Shown here in pieces: positions 50,189 to 61,800 of a DNA stretch of 64,000 nt; within the stretch, counting starts at the first letter, position 1; every line of letters begins with the position of its first letter. The notes under the pieces were generated by a model. That model was given only the letters and a program-made list of their open reading frames with translations. It searched no databases and was not told the origin of the DNA. Both the position numbers and the translations under genes were made by a program. Origin of the DNA: Marsupella aquatica (Eukaryota; Plantae; Marchantiophyta); contig OZ316894.1 of the NCBI GenBank assembly GCA_973895155.1, forward strand, positions 6,058,368 to 6,122,367, given 5' to 3'.

Positions 50189-50448
50189 TTCTACCAATAC
50201 AAGCCCTATGCCAGTGCTTTGCAATGTGCAAGGCAAGGAGGGCAGGCCCATAGGGATTGGCCGGGGCATTACGGTACAGCTTCACAGGGGTGTTGGGGCC
50301 AGGAGGGCGCGAAGCCCTATGCGGAGCGAGGAGGGTGTAAGGAGGGGCGTGTGAGGTTGCTGTAAGGAGGGGGGCGAGCAGGGCAGCAGCCTCGCAGGGG
50401 TGTAGGGGCCAGGAGGGCGCGAAGCCCTATGCGGAGCGAGGAGGGTGT

Positions 50449-50764
50449 TGTTAGATATTGCTCTAGTCTTGTGACTCATGAGCTAACCACAGTTAGTCTA
50501 ACTCGAGTTAGGATTTAGCTAATGTTAGCGATGGTGCTGGTGTGCATATAGCCAGGGCTGATGGTAGACCCTGGTGGAACTTAGGCTCATTGTTACGGAG
50601 CTAGTTGAGAGATAGGGAGAGCTTGTGTTGTGGATGCTTGGTATGGCCGGTCGACCTAAAGTGCAGTAAAGCTCTTGTGTGTTCCCGTGGATGTAGCCTC
50701 ATGTGGAGGTGAACCATATATCACTCTGTGTCGACTCTTGTGCATTGGATGGTTCATGGGCTTG
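50449..50764 (+). repeat. Copia LTR copy (3'-truncated) in inverted orientation relative to the element's 5' LTR
   Basis: TGTTAGATATTGCTCTAGTCTTG...ATGGGCTTG is the reverse complement of about 54706-55021, with about 21 mismatches in ~316 bp by manual count; it lacks the last ~28 bp of the LTR. Confidence 0.9.
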
Positions 50765-53112
50765 GTTGAATTTGAGGTACCCCAGCAACAATCTGCTCCT
50801 CTTGTTCCATCACAGGAACCAACTCCAAGCCCGAAGCTTCTCCATCTCTTTTATCATGAACAACATCATGACTAATCTCCCCCTCAACCCGGTCCGGGAT
50901 GGGAGATTTCCCCTTGTCAATATGGGAGTCCTGAGAACTCTCCGCCTCCTTTGATGATCTTGATTCATTAAAGGACACATCTCTACTGACAATTAGTTTA
51001 CAAATTACTGGATCCCATAACCTATAACCCTTCACACCTTTCTGATAGCCAAGAAAAATGCACAATATCTTCGACTTGGACTCCAGCTTGGATCGAAGCT
51101 GGGAAGGTGTAAGCACATAAGCATCACATCCAAAAATCCTCAGATGTGAATAATCTGCTTGACGCCTGTACCTCATTTCAAATGGAGTCTTGAATCCAAT
51201 AGAACTGGATGGAGAAAAATTTACCAAATAAGTTGTAGTGTTGACAGCTTTAGCCCAAAACTCATGTGGTAAGCATGATTGACTCAACATACTCCTCGAG
51301 CGGTCTAATAGTGTTCGGTTGAGTCTCTCAGAAATACCATTCTGCTGAGGAGTATAACTTGTTGTGAGATGGCGGGTAATCCCCTACTCCTTACAATACG
51401 TTCCAAATTCTCCGGAACTGTATTCACCGCTATTATCCGATCAAAGATATCTCACCTTATTACCAGTCTGATTCTCAACTTAGGCTTTCCACTCCTTAAA
51501 AGTGGCAAAAACATCAGACTTACTGTGTAGAAAGTATATCCACACATACCTTGAATAATCGTCTATAAACGTGACATAGTATAACCATCCAGAATGTGAG
51601 GGAGTAGGGGCTGGACCCCACACATCACTATGTACACACTCAAGTACCTCCTTGCTGGTGTGAGTTCCAACTCCAAAGGGTTTCCTGTGCTGCTTCCCAA
51701 GCACACAATGCTCATAGAATTCCAACTTACAAGATTGTAAATTAGAAAGTAATCATTTCTTCTGAAGAATAACCAAACCTTTTTCACTCATGTGGCCCAA
51801 ACGGAAGTGCCACAGCCGGGGCGTCTCCTCATGAGATAAGGTTATATTGGCTTCATCACAGACTACACTGCCCTCCAAAACGTATAGATTGCTATGTCTC
51901 TTTTCCTTCAATACAACTTTAGTACCAGTTGAAACCTGAAGGACACCATTAGCAGAACTCCACTGATGGCCACTTGCTTCTAAAACTCCAAGTGAAATGA
52001 GATTTTTCATCATGCTAGGAATATGTCTCACATTCCTCAACGTTCTTACAACACCATCAAACATCTGAAATCTTACAGATCCAAGTCCAACAACTTGACA
52101 TGGGATTCCATTTCGCATCAACACTGCCCCGTTGGAAACTGTGTAAGAACTAAAAAACTCTCTCCTAGAGCAAATGTGAAAAGTACATGCACTATCTAGA
52201 ATCCAGTCATCACTACCTGGATTTGACACTATGTTGAGAGCATAACCTTGATATCACATTATGTCATCATCATCGAGTAAATCTACCTCATGCGAGCTCG
52301 ATGCCACGTTAGCAGATGCAGTAGGGACCTTTACTCGACAATCCCTTTTCATGTGGCCAGGCTTGCCACAATTCCAACATGCAAGAGGCTTCCTCTCTTG
52401 CAATTTCCCTCTGGATTTAGATCTTCCACGCAATGTAGATCTAAACCTGTTCTGTCCATTTGAGCGTTGCGCTGCTCTCCCACGGTTCACATTCAGCGTA
52501 GTGCCAGAAGAAGATGCTGTCTGTGATTGACCTAGCTTCTTCTGAGCATCATCAGACAATAAGGAGCTCACCACCTCATTATACAAAATGGACTTTAGAT
52601 CTCTGTACAAGAGCACCTGTTTCAAGCCCTGATATGACGGCGGTAAGGAGCTTAGCAAAAGCAAGGCCTTATCCTCATCTTCAACTCCTTTTCCCAGGTT
52701 TGACAGATCCACCGCTAGACTGTCAAACTCATCCAGGTGATCCTGCATCTTGCTCCCTTCCTTGAGCCTGAGGCCATCAAGAGAGACTTCTAGTACAGCC
52801 GGTCTGACGCATCTTCTCGGTAGTACTTCTCTCTTAGATCCTTGAACAGTGACGCGCAATCCGCATAATCATCCAGCTGCTTGATGATGTGCGGCTTGAG
52901 ATATAGCATCACTGCATTGACAACAATCACCTGCTCCTGTCTCCACTGCTTCTCTGAGATCTCCTCTTCTCCATCATACTGCTCTCGCAAAGAGAGCAGA
53001 TGAGCTAAGCCCATGGCCCGAATGACACCCTTCACTTGCTTCTCCCAGAGCAAGTAATCAGTACGACCATCGTACTTCTCCACCTCAAATTTTACTCCTC
53101 CAAATCTAGCCA
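50765..53112 (-). pseudogene. Ty1/Copia (Tnt1/Tork-like) gag-protease-integrase, disrupted and truncated before RT/RNase H
   Basis: MARFGGVKFEVEKYDGRTDYLLW (gag N-terminus), DKALLLLSSLPPSY, zinc knuckle CWNCGKPGHMKRDC, protease WILDSACTFHIC, LWHFRLGHMSEKGL, integrase VHSDVWGP/FIDDYSR/PQQNG, and LRIFGCDAY...GYRLWDP. Frameshifts and stops are present. Confidence 0.95.
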
Positions 53113-54661
53113 TCTCCCTCTTCTTGCCCACTACCAACAGCTCTGGTAGTAACACAACTTCCTCCACTGCACGCCGCACAAGTGATCGTACCGGTGTTAC
53201 AAGTTCTTCCTCAACCGGTAGCAGCTCCTCCTCAGACTCTCTATCTGACCGTCGCAATCCTGAAGCTCCACCGACTCCAATTCTTCCAGTATCCTCCGAG
53301 TCACTCATATGAAACAATCACGAAAAAACATCTTTTTTCAAAACTTCTCATAAAACTCAAAACTCAACACCGCTGCGTAGCCCACGAAGCTAGGAGTCCA
53401 ATACTGAAAGCCAAAATCAAAATCAAAATTTGACAAAAAAGTTATTCAAATTTTGGTCGGGGTGGGTAAAACCTTGGGAAACTCCCCCGTTTTGACCACC
53501 TCGGAGAATAACCAAAATACCCAATACAACCCATCGTCGGAATCACGATGTGATCGGTGCGCTGCGTTGCTAACTCCAGTGGCAATGTCCTCGCCAAAAA
53601 AGAACCAAAAAAGTTACCGTTCGGCGGACGGAATCTTTGTTGGACGGCCAAAAAATAGCTCTCTGTTTTTTGGGAATATTCCCGCATAGTCCGACAGGTC
53701 TCACAGGGGGCCGTTCCCCCTGTCAGAGCGGTTAAAATGGAGGGCGGCAGGTCCCGGCACCAAGAGGAAACAAAGGGGAAGAAAAAGGGAAGAAAAAGTG
53801 GGCTAAAGGGGGTCCTTAAGCCCCTAAATGCAAAAATACCCCCGTATGGGATCGCAAAGTACGCCCTGGTGGGTGCATATGCAGTCGCGTATGCGAGAGA
53901 ATCCGGGTACAGAGTACGTGCTCGGGGGGAAAAAAAGAGGCCGGCCGGAGGGAGGGTGACGGGGGGCGTCGGGGCCGCTTCACGCCGGCAGGTCGCGAGG
54001 CGGTAGCAAGGGCCGGGGCGCAAGTCACCGGCAGGGAGCGTAGGCGGGAGGCAGCGCCTGCAGGGAGCAGAAGGGAAAATTCTCACTAAAGTAACACAAA
54101 AAATAATGCCAAAGTAAACACAACTCAAGCCTGGGCTCAAACCTGGGTCAAAACGACCGCCTCGCCGCGATCAAACCGTTGAGCCATAGCACTTCGCGTT
54201 TCTTCCACCAAGTCGGACGTCACGAAGAGAAACCCGGTTCAGATGGGAACAAGATCCATGGCTTGTAAAAAAACCTGAACGCCTCCGTCAGTCGTCACAT
54301 TGCACTCGGTAACAACTCGGCAGCAATCCAGCTACCGAAACGACGAGCTCGCTTCAACCTCCAACTTGAGCTATAATGTGCGATCCCTCCCGTACCGCAC
54401 AGCTCACACCGTTGAAAAATGCAAACACTGGTCTCTCCCCCGAAATACCGTCGAACACGAATAAAACCTGAACGACGCAAACTTTGATTCCTCCGCAACG
54501 CGGATACCAATCAGTGAGTTCTAACCACCGTTAGAAAGCCCTCTCACTAACCTATCCTCACAGCCAAACACATTCAAGTTTCATGCGACAAAACTCCGAA
54601 TGTGCCACCGACAATGAATGCTGGAAAAACCTGTCATGAAAAACCTTGTCACCTCCCAGGC

Positions 54662-54675
54662 ATGCTCGGATACCA
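54662..54675 (-). other. Primer binding site (tRNA-iMet type)
   Basis: Minus strand ...CTCAACA-AG-TGGTATCCGAGC directly after the LTR end; the canonical Met-i PBS is TGGTATCAGAGC. Confidence 0.85.
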
Positions 54676-54677
54676 CT

Positions 54678-55021
54678 TGTTGAGCATAGATGACATTCGT
54701 AACGGCAAGCCCATAAACCATCCAATGCACAAGAGTCAACACAGAGAGATACGTGGTTCACCTCCACATGAGGCTACGTCCACGGGAACACACAAGAGCT
54801 TTACTGCATTCTAGGCCGACAGGCCATACCAAGCATCCACAGCACAAGCTCTCCCTATCTCTCAACTAGCTCCGTAACAATGAGCCTAAGTTCCACCAGG
54901 GTCTGGCATCAGCCCTGGCTATATGCACAACAGCACTACCGCTAACATTAGCTAGGTCCTAACCCGAGTTATCCTAACTGTGGTTAGCTCATGAGTCACA
55001 AGACTAGAGCAATATCTAACA
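54678..55021 (-). repeat. 5' LTR of the Copia element (344 bp, TGTT...AACA)
   Basis: TG...CA termini, followed by the PBS and then gag on the minus strand. Confidence 0.9.
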
Positions 55022-56039
55022 ACGAAGCCCTATGTGGAGGCGAGGCCGCGGAAGGGAGGCAAGGCGAGGAGGCGCGAGTGATAAGGCAGGGCGAGCGAGG
55101 CAGGCGAGTGATGAGGCGGGTGAGTGATGAGGTAGGGGTGGGCCCGATCCCTATGCGTTTGCTCCCAAATTAAATGCCTTTTGCCATGCGGAAGGCCTGC
55201 CTGCTTCCGTCATTATGAGTGCACGGAAGGGAGCAATTGCGCGGTCCTGCGCCTGCCTGCGTGCCTCGTTGTAAGAGGGTATTAGAAGATCCGACGGTCA
55301 TGAAAAATAAGATGTTTTTACTTGACGGTCAATTTTGATTCCCGCTGGAATTCAAATTTGTAACGGGACGACGGATGAAAATTGGCCAAATGGGCGGGAT
55401 TTGCCTATTATAGTGTTAGATAATCCGAGTCTTGGGATTAAATTGGGAGAATAGTGTAGAGTTAGAGTTCTCCAGAATCTGGCAGGATTATGTAGAATGG
55501 AAAGCAGAATGTAACATTTCACTCGCGAATTGGCAATAAAATTTTGATGCGGAAATGATCAACGGTTGTTTCATTGCCAGTTCGACATCAGCAGATAATT
55601 GCTTCAGCCACAGACTAGCTGTATGGGTCTAAATGGAGCCCGCTGTCTCCTGCAGATCCTATAATTCTTGTCTAGTGAAATGTTTATGAAGTTCTGAATT
55701 TGCTCCTTCTTGAGCATGGAGCAACTCAAAGTAACAGTCTGGTGGCAAGGTTAGCATAAACATTTGTTGGCATACATTGCGAACTTGATCCATTTTAAAT
55801 GAGATCTCGGGAACACTGTGCTCAGGCTCTCCCTTCTCCACATGTCATAACAGCTCCCGTGATTCAATGATGAAATCTTGACAGGGCATATAACAGTGAC
55901 ATTTTGATATATAGAAAATTCCACTAGCAAGGTATGCATTATGTCAAAAATAGTTTACATTCTACTAAATACACTATTTTAAATGCCTTTTAGACATGTG
56001 AAAATAGTGAGAGTCAATATATCAGTAAATACTTTGATA

Positions 56040-56720
56040 AAATGCCCTTTTGAACTGGTGAAATGAAAATAGTGAGAGACTCTCCACTTTGATATTTTTT
56101 AAAGGTGAAAATAATGTCTTTCGAACAGTTGAAGTGAAAATAGTGTCAGACGCTGTATACACTTTGATATTTGTACAAGGTGAAAATAATGCCTTTTGAA
56201 CAAATGAAAGTAGTGAGTTACTATGTATACACCTTGATATTTTTAAAAGGTGAAAATAATGTCTTTCGAACAGTTGAAATGAAAATAGAGAGAGACTTCT
56301 CTATACACTTTGATATTTGTAAACGGTGAAAATAATACCTTTCGAACAGTTGAAATGAAAATAGAGAGAGACTTCTCTATACATTTTGATATTTGTAAAA
56401 GGTGAAAATAATGCGTTGAAATGAAAAAAAAAGAGACTTCTCTATACACTTGATATTTGTAAACGGTGAAAATAATACCTTTCGAACAGTTGAAATGAAA
56501 ATAGAGAGAGACTTCTCTATACATTTTGATATTTGTAAAAGGTGAAAATAATGCGTTGAAATGAAAAAAGAGAGAGACTTCTCTATACACTTTGATATTT
56601 GTAAAAGGTGAAAATAATGCATTTCGAACAGTTGAAATGACCATAGTTAGAGCCTCTCTATACACTTTGATATTTGTAAAAGGTGAAAATAATGCCTTTT
56701 GAACAAATGAAATTAGTGCG
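56040..56720 (+). repeat. AT-rich minisatellite, ~9-10 units of ~65-76 bp
   Basis: Unit CTCTATACACTTTGATATTTGTAAAAGGTGAAAATAATGC(NTTTCGAACA)GTTGAAATGAAAATAGAGAGAGACTT, with long and short variants alternating. Confidence 0.92.
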
Positions 56721-58890
56721 AGAGAGCACACACTAAAAATAATAGTGAGGGACAGCAGTTCACGGAGAGCTGCATTGTGTTGGGGATCGGATAGACTGAA
56801 CCTGCCCCTCTCAATCTCCCGTTGCTTCTACGATGCAATTGTCCGGCGAATTTGCTGAACCCACCTTTCTCGATCTCCCCTTCAGTCTACGGTCATCATT
56901 CTGCGGCTTCGTGATTGCTATTATGGTCACATGCAACCGTGATCCGCTGTGAATGATCTCCTCTACCCTGTCGAATTATGTCAAGCTGATTTGCTGTGCT
57001 CAGCTTCGTGAATAATGAGAGCTCTTGCTCAACATTTCCACGAAGTTGAATTGAAGTTGAAGGAAAGCATCGGGGACGAAACATCGCTGCAGACCTGCAT
57101 TAGTATCGTTCTCACGCCGGGCCCTGAGTCCTGCGGTGTGGACCCCAATGGTGCTCCGTTGGTTGCTGAACATGAAAGAAAAGAGAGAGAGAAAGGTTGA
57201 GCAGGAGGTTGTTGGAATTCATCCCGATTCAGTTGATTGTGTTTTCTTGATCTGTTCGTCTGAGCGGGATCATTCTTCGTGACTTGATTCATCCAATTTT
57301 TTTAATTCGTCACTTCGTCCGTCCAATTTTGTTTTTGTTCGGTGGTTTCATTGGATTCGGAGTCTCGGTGTTCTGTCGATCAGATCGAACACTGTTTGCT
57401 TCGAAATTCGCACACTCTCTTCGACAGCTGGCTAATCTTGTGCATTTCGTTCGGGGTGGTAGATTCGGCGGAACTCTTCTGCGTTGAATTAAATGCAGGG
57501 GTTGGGAAATTGCACCACAACCCTCGTATTGAGATTTCTGTTCCGCGTTGAGGAGTTTGATATTTTCTTGGTATCGTGCGTTTTGATTCATTTATGTCCC
57601 TCTGTACCGTCGTCCCTTGTTGCCGGGGTCCGTTGCACAGGATTGGGGAAGTGTGAAGTTGTTCATTCTGTCACAAAGTCGGGATTTAGAGCATCGCCTG
57701 TTTGAAAGCGAGTGGGTACGCAAGCGACTATTGCGTAGCACCTTGTCTCCTTGAGCGGAATATGTCGTATGCTCGTCGTACTGTATGTTGTTGGCAACGG
57801 AATCACCAAGAACAAGTGTGCAGCGCGCCAGCGAGAGACTGAAGTGCCCGAGCTTTGCTGAACGATAAATTTATAGCGCCTTGCGCTTTGCCTCTCAAAC
57901 CGAGGGACCTGATTGGAGAGTACTAAACAACTTCTGCGGTGTTCAAGGAAATTCGCTGTGCCGGCTGCGTTGAGGTGGTTTTAGAAGCGAGTAGATGCAG
58001 TAGCAGCTATGCCCGGGCCAAGGCGCAAGATATCTTACCATCGCGAGCTATACATCGTGCGCAAGAGAATTGCGGTTAGCACACTCACCCTGCTTTCAGT
58101 TTTTTTGTTTTGCTCCCTCGTCTATCTATTGTCGCTGTCTTCCAAAGAAAGGCCTTGCATTAATTTTGCTGAAGGGTGGAGACATCTCCCGGGCGGAAAC
58201 GCGTTTGGCTAGCAATCAATCAGCTTGTCATCAGATTTTAAAAGGAGGAAACGAAGCAAAGGTTGTCAAGGATTCAGATGTGGCCGACTACCCACAGAAT
58301 CGCATGAAGCACAGCCTTGAACTCTATTCCTGATATGTTTCGAAAGGGAAATTTGAAGTTCGAACTTTAGACCAATAACTTAAGCTTCGAATCTGTTCGG
58401 GTGAGGTTGTAAAGAGCACGTCGAAGGCGGTCGAACATTTGCGCTCCGAGAATAAATAGATAAAACTGGAGACGGACGGAAAAGGGGTATGCACCTATCA
58501 CAAGCAGTTACAACGTGCTCGCACAGTACATGCCTTGAACTTCTCAAACAACAGGGTTCTGCCTCAGTGACATGACCGATGGCTCACTAGTGGGAAAGCC
58601 CTGTCAAAATTAAAATCCACATCGCGTGGGGGCGGTTTTCATGAGTGCATTACTTTGCTGCCTAGACTTCCTCGTGTAAGGACGACTCCAGTTCGCTCCG
58701 CAAGGGGACATAGTCGATGCATTCTATTGTTCGTCGCTTTTGGACCCCGACCCGACGATATATCTCTGCCAAATGAAATCTTCTATTTCCTTTCCAAGAA
58801 GAATGGTGTTTTCTTGAAGCAGTTCACATGTATAGAAAAAATAGGATTACTTGCATTGTGCTGATATGAGATTTGGATTGTCAGCGTATC

Positions 58891-61800
58891 ATGAGAGGGA
58901 AAGGAAGTGGCAAAAAGAAGGGCAAAAGACCTGCAGCAGTCCCTGTGGTGGATCTATCATGCTGCAAATACGAACTTCTTCGAATTGTTCTCAGAAAGAA
59001 TGGCTGGGACGAGTCTGGCGACGATGAAAGGAATTGTCATCTAATTTGGACTGGTGAGTGGCACTCCGCGTCTTGATGAGCTGTTCCCTGTAATGCACTT
59101 AATACTGAGATATGGATCGGCTACATCAGACAGTCTAGATCTAAGAACGATAGAGAAGTTGTGGCGGCTTTCCTTTAAGCAAATACTTTCCATGATCCGT
59201 TGCGCAGATTACTCCTGCAGGTCGTTTGCGTGTGGCCTAGGTGTGCCTCTACTACAAAAACTCTCTCCTCGGGTGAGATATCGAGCCGATGAGATGACAG
59301 CACAACTGTGAGAATTATGGGTGTCTTGGCTTACGAGAATCAACTCTTCCTCTGCAGATATGTCCATCGGTCCAGAGAGATTGATGGTATTGAAGCGCGG
59401 ACAAAAGATCAATCATTTTTTTGGAATGCTCCAGATTTGCCGCAAGAAGTCACTTGCTCTAAATCTGGCCACCATGCGCAAGTAAGCTCAATACTGTGGT
59501 TTGTTGTCAAGTTATGAATGTGCTTCAGGCAAAAGACAGAAATAACCGTAAAAAGCGTTTTACAACCCTAAAACAAACGCGATGCAGGAGTAGAGAATCC
59601 TTTTAAAAAAGAAGAAAGAATGAATGAAAAAAGAGTGTTGCATACTGTACCTGACCATTCACCCACATGGAGGCAAATGTCCACGATCACACCATCAAAT
59701 GAGAAGTTTAACGAGAGCCAAGTTTTTGGAACAGTACATTCATGCTCATTTCGATCCACAAGACTCCCATTAAGCAACTCAATGAAAAGTACATATAACA
59801 TGAGGTAGAGAGAATTTGCGCTGCGCAACTGGGAGCTGAAGAATCCCTCTGCGAGTAGTCTTCAACGTCAAATTTGTTATCTCTTCGCAGAGGGGCCTTA
59901 AGAGAAAGATTCAATTCAATAAAAGGCAGAACTTCTAGGCGTGTTAGCCGATTTCGGTCGATAAACTTTTGGCCAAGAATTGAAGATGACGGGACAAGAT
60001 CACTACTGAATATAATCGAGGGGTGGGACCTACGACTCGCCTTTTGAGGATACTGGCAAAATTTGAAGAAGTATAATTCGACACAGTGATCTCTAGGAAA
60101 GGATTAAAAAACCTTCTTTTGATCAGGAAATCACTGATAGCAAGTGAGAGACCAAATGGAGTGGGATTTAAAGCTCATACCTTCAATATTGAAATTCCCT
60201 CCAGTCTTTCCCTCATTCTCATTTCTCGGAGCGTTGACCGAAACAATTAAGTGTTTCGTCGCGGCTCTTTAAGAGAGTTCAAAAGGGATTCTTCTCTGAG
60301 GGAGGTCATGCTGACAAGGATGGCTGTGCCTGTTACAGGATGTTCCCTTCGCAGTACAAGTTCTTCCCACGGTCTTTCATTCTCCCCAATCAACTGCCCG
60401 GATTGCTCGCCAAGTTCAACCAGCACAAGATCAGGACCTTTATTCTCAAGCCAGACAATGGTTGTCAGGTAATACTTGACACTAGCTTGCTTTGAGTATT
60501 TTTCAAATTTATACTACATAGTTAGTTATTAAATGAATCAGAACCAGAATTTCGAGAAAGGCAATCCGTCTTATGGGTCGAAGATATTTTGCCCCATAGG
60601 GTTTTGTGGCGATGTTGTTATATCACTGGTCGTACTGAGAGAGGGATCTAAGGGAAATTAAATCTTGATGAGGCACTACACGCAGGGTTGTATACGCATT
60701 GTCTCTTGAGGGATCGGCTGGGCCAATATTTCGAGCTGAATTGGCAAGTATTCGGGTTTTTGAATGTGTAGAAATTCTAGAGCTTCTGGCTTTGGATCCA
60801 TTCGCGTTGAGCTTGTTTGACATGGAATTGACAAAACCTATCTGCCTTTCCTTCAGACCACTAAATCACGGTGCTGATGGCATGGTTTAGCAGAATGCAA
60901 ACTGACACAGTGCATGTGCGTTCTGAACACGCAGGGCAGGGGAGTTGCGTTGGCCCAATCTGGGAGTGACGTTCGATCAGCTATCGAAGGATTGTCGGGC
61001 TCAAATCTTCTGGCGCAGAAATATTTGGCTAATCCAATGCTGATCAACGGTTACAAATTTGATCTGCGCATATACGTACTCATTCTCTCATGTGATCCCC
61101 TCCGCCTTTATCTCTACAGGTTTTACTTTTAGTCAACCCTCGGGATGCTTGGGTTTCTAGTCATTGCTGGCAGCGCCCTTACAAATGCGTATCATCGTCA
61201 CGCCTAATTATCTTGCACTTTGGCTGCCTCTGTTAGTATGAATTTGGGATGAATTTGATTTGAGTAAGCTCTTCGTTCTCCAATAATGCTAGTTAGGGGC
61301 GAGTCGGGGTTCTCTTCTGTACTCTGGAGGATGCATGTGGTATTTGATTATCTAAAGTTTAAGAAGAGATTGGAGTCATTCAACAGAGCCTTTCAACTAC
61401 GTGTCTGAAAACTTTATTTCTTGGATAAGTATGCGTCGACGTACAAGTATGATGATAGCCCAGAATTTGAATCTCGTTGTGCCTAATCAATTCTTTCGGC
61501 AACAAGTACTTGGGCTACAACAAAGCATTGGGTCTTTTGGGTCATGTTATTGACAGCTCCCGGTCGTGTGTCCATGTGCAGGGAGGGTCTTGTTCGATTT
61601 TGTACAGAAAAATACTCCAAACCTGATCCTAAGAATCTCTCTCTCAACTGCATGCACTTGACAAATTATGCAGTCAACAAACACAACGGGAAGTTCGAGT
61701 TTAATACTAGTGCTGATGAAACAGACAGGGGCCATAAATGGACTCTCACCTCTCTGTTCAGTTCTTTGGCCTTAAGTGGGCACGACACTCAGAAGCTCCA

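Larger units (their letters stand above)
50200..55420 (-). mobile_element. Non-autonomous Helitron (~650 bp net) inserted just 3' of the pseudogene stop; contains the nested Copia
   Basis: Minus-strand 5' end TCTAACACTATAATAGG at 55420. The 3' end has a hairpin (TGCTTTGCA-ATG-TGCAAGGCA, 50215-50235) 11 bp from a CTTG (CTAG-like) terminus. Inserted between A and T with no TSD; empty site CTACCAACA|TAATCC at about 28064-28078. Confidence 0.75.
44017..55894 (+). repeat. Second copy of the segmental duplication of ~26292-30533, interrupted by insertions and with a ~1.95-kb deletion
   Basis: Homologous blocks: 44017-44164 to 26292-26451; 48584-50199 to about 26448-28072; 55421-55579 to about 28073-28270; 55580-55894 to about 30219-30533. 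Confidence 0.92.

Noticed and set aside
53442-54140. 232-aa ORF upstream of Copia gag
   Set aside because: It lies in the GC-rich retroelement leader, has a non-ATG start and shows no recognisable domain.
55570-55590. Deletion junction coinciding with a putative splice donor, suggesting a processed (retro) copy
   Set aside because: The other breakpoint has no AG acceptor, and short microhomology explains a simple DNA deletion.
56243-56731. 162-aa repetitive ORF
   Set aside because: It arises from the minisatellite; there is no coding signal.
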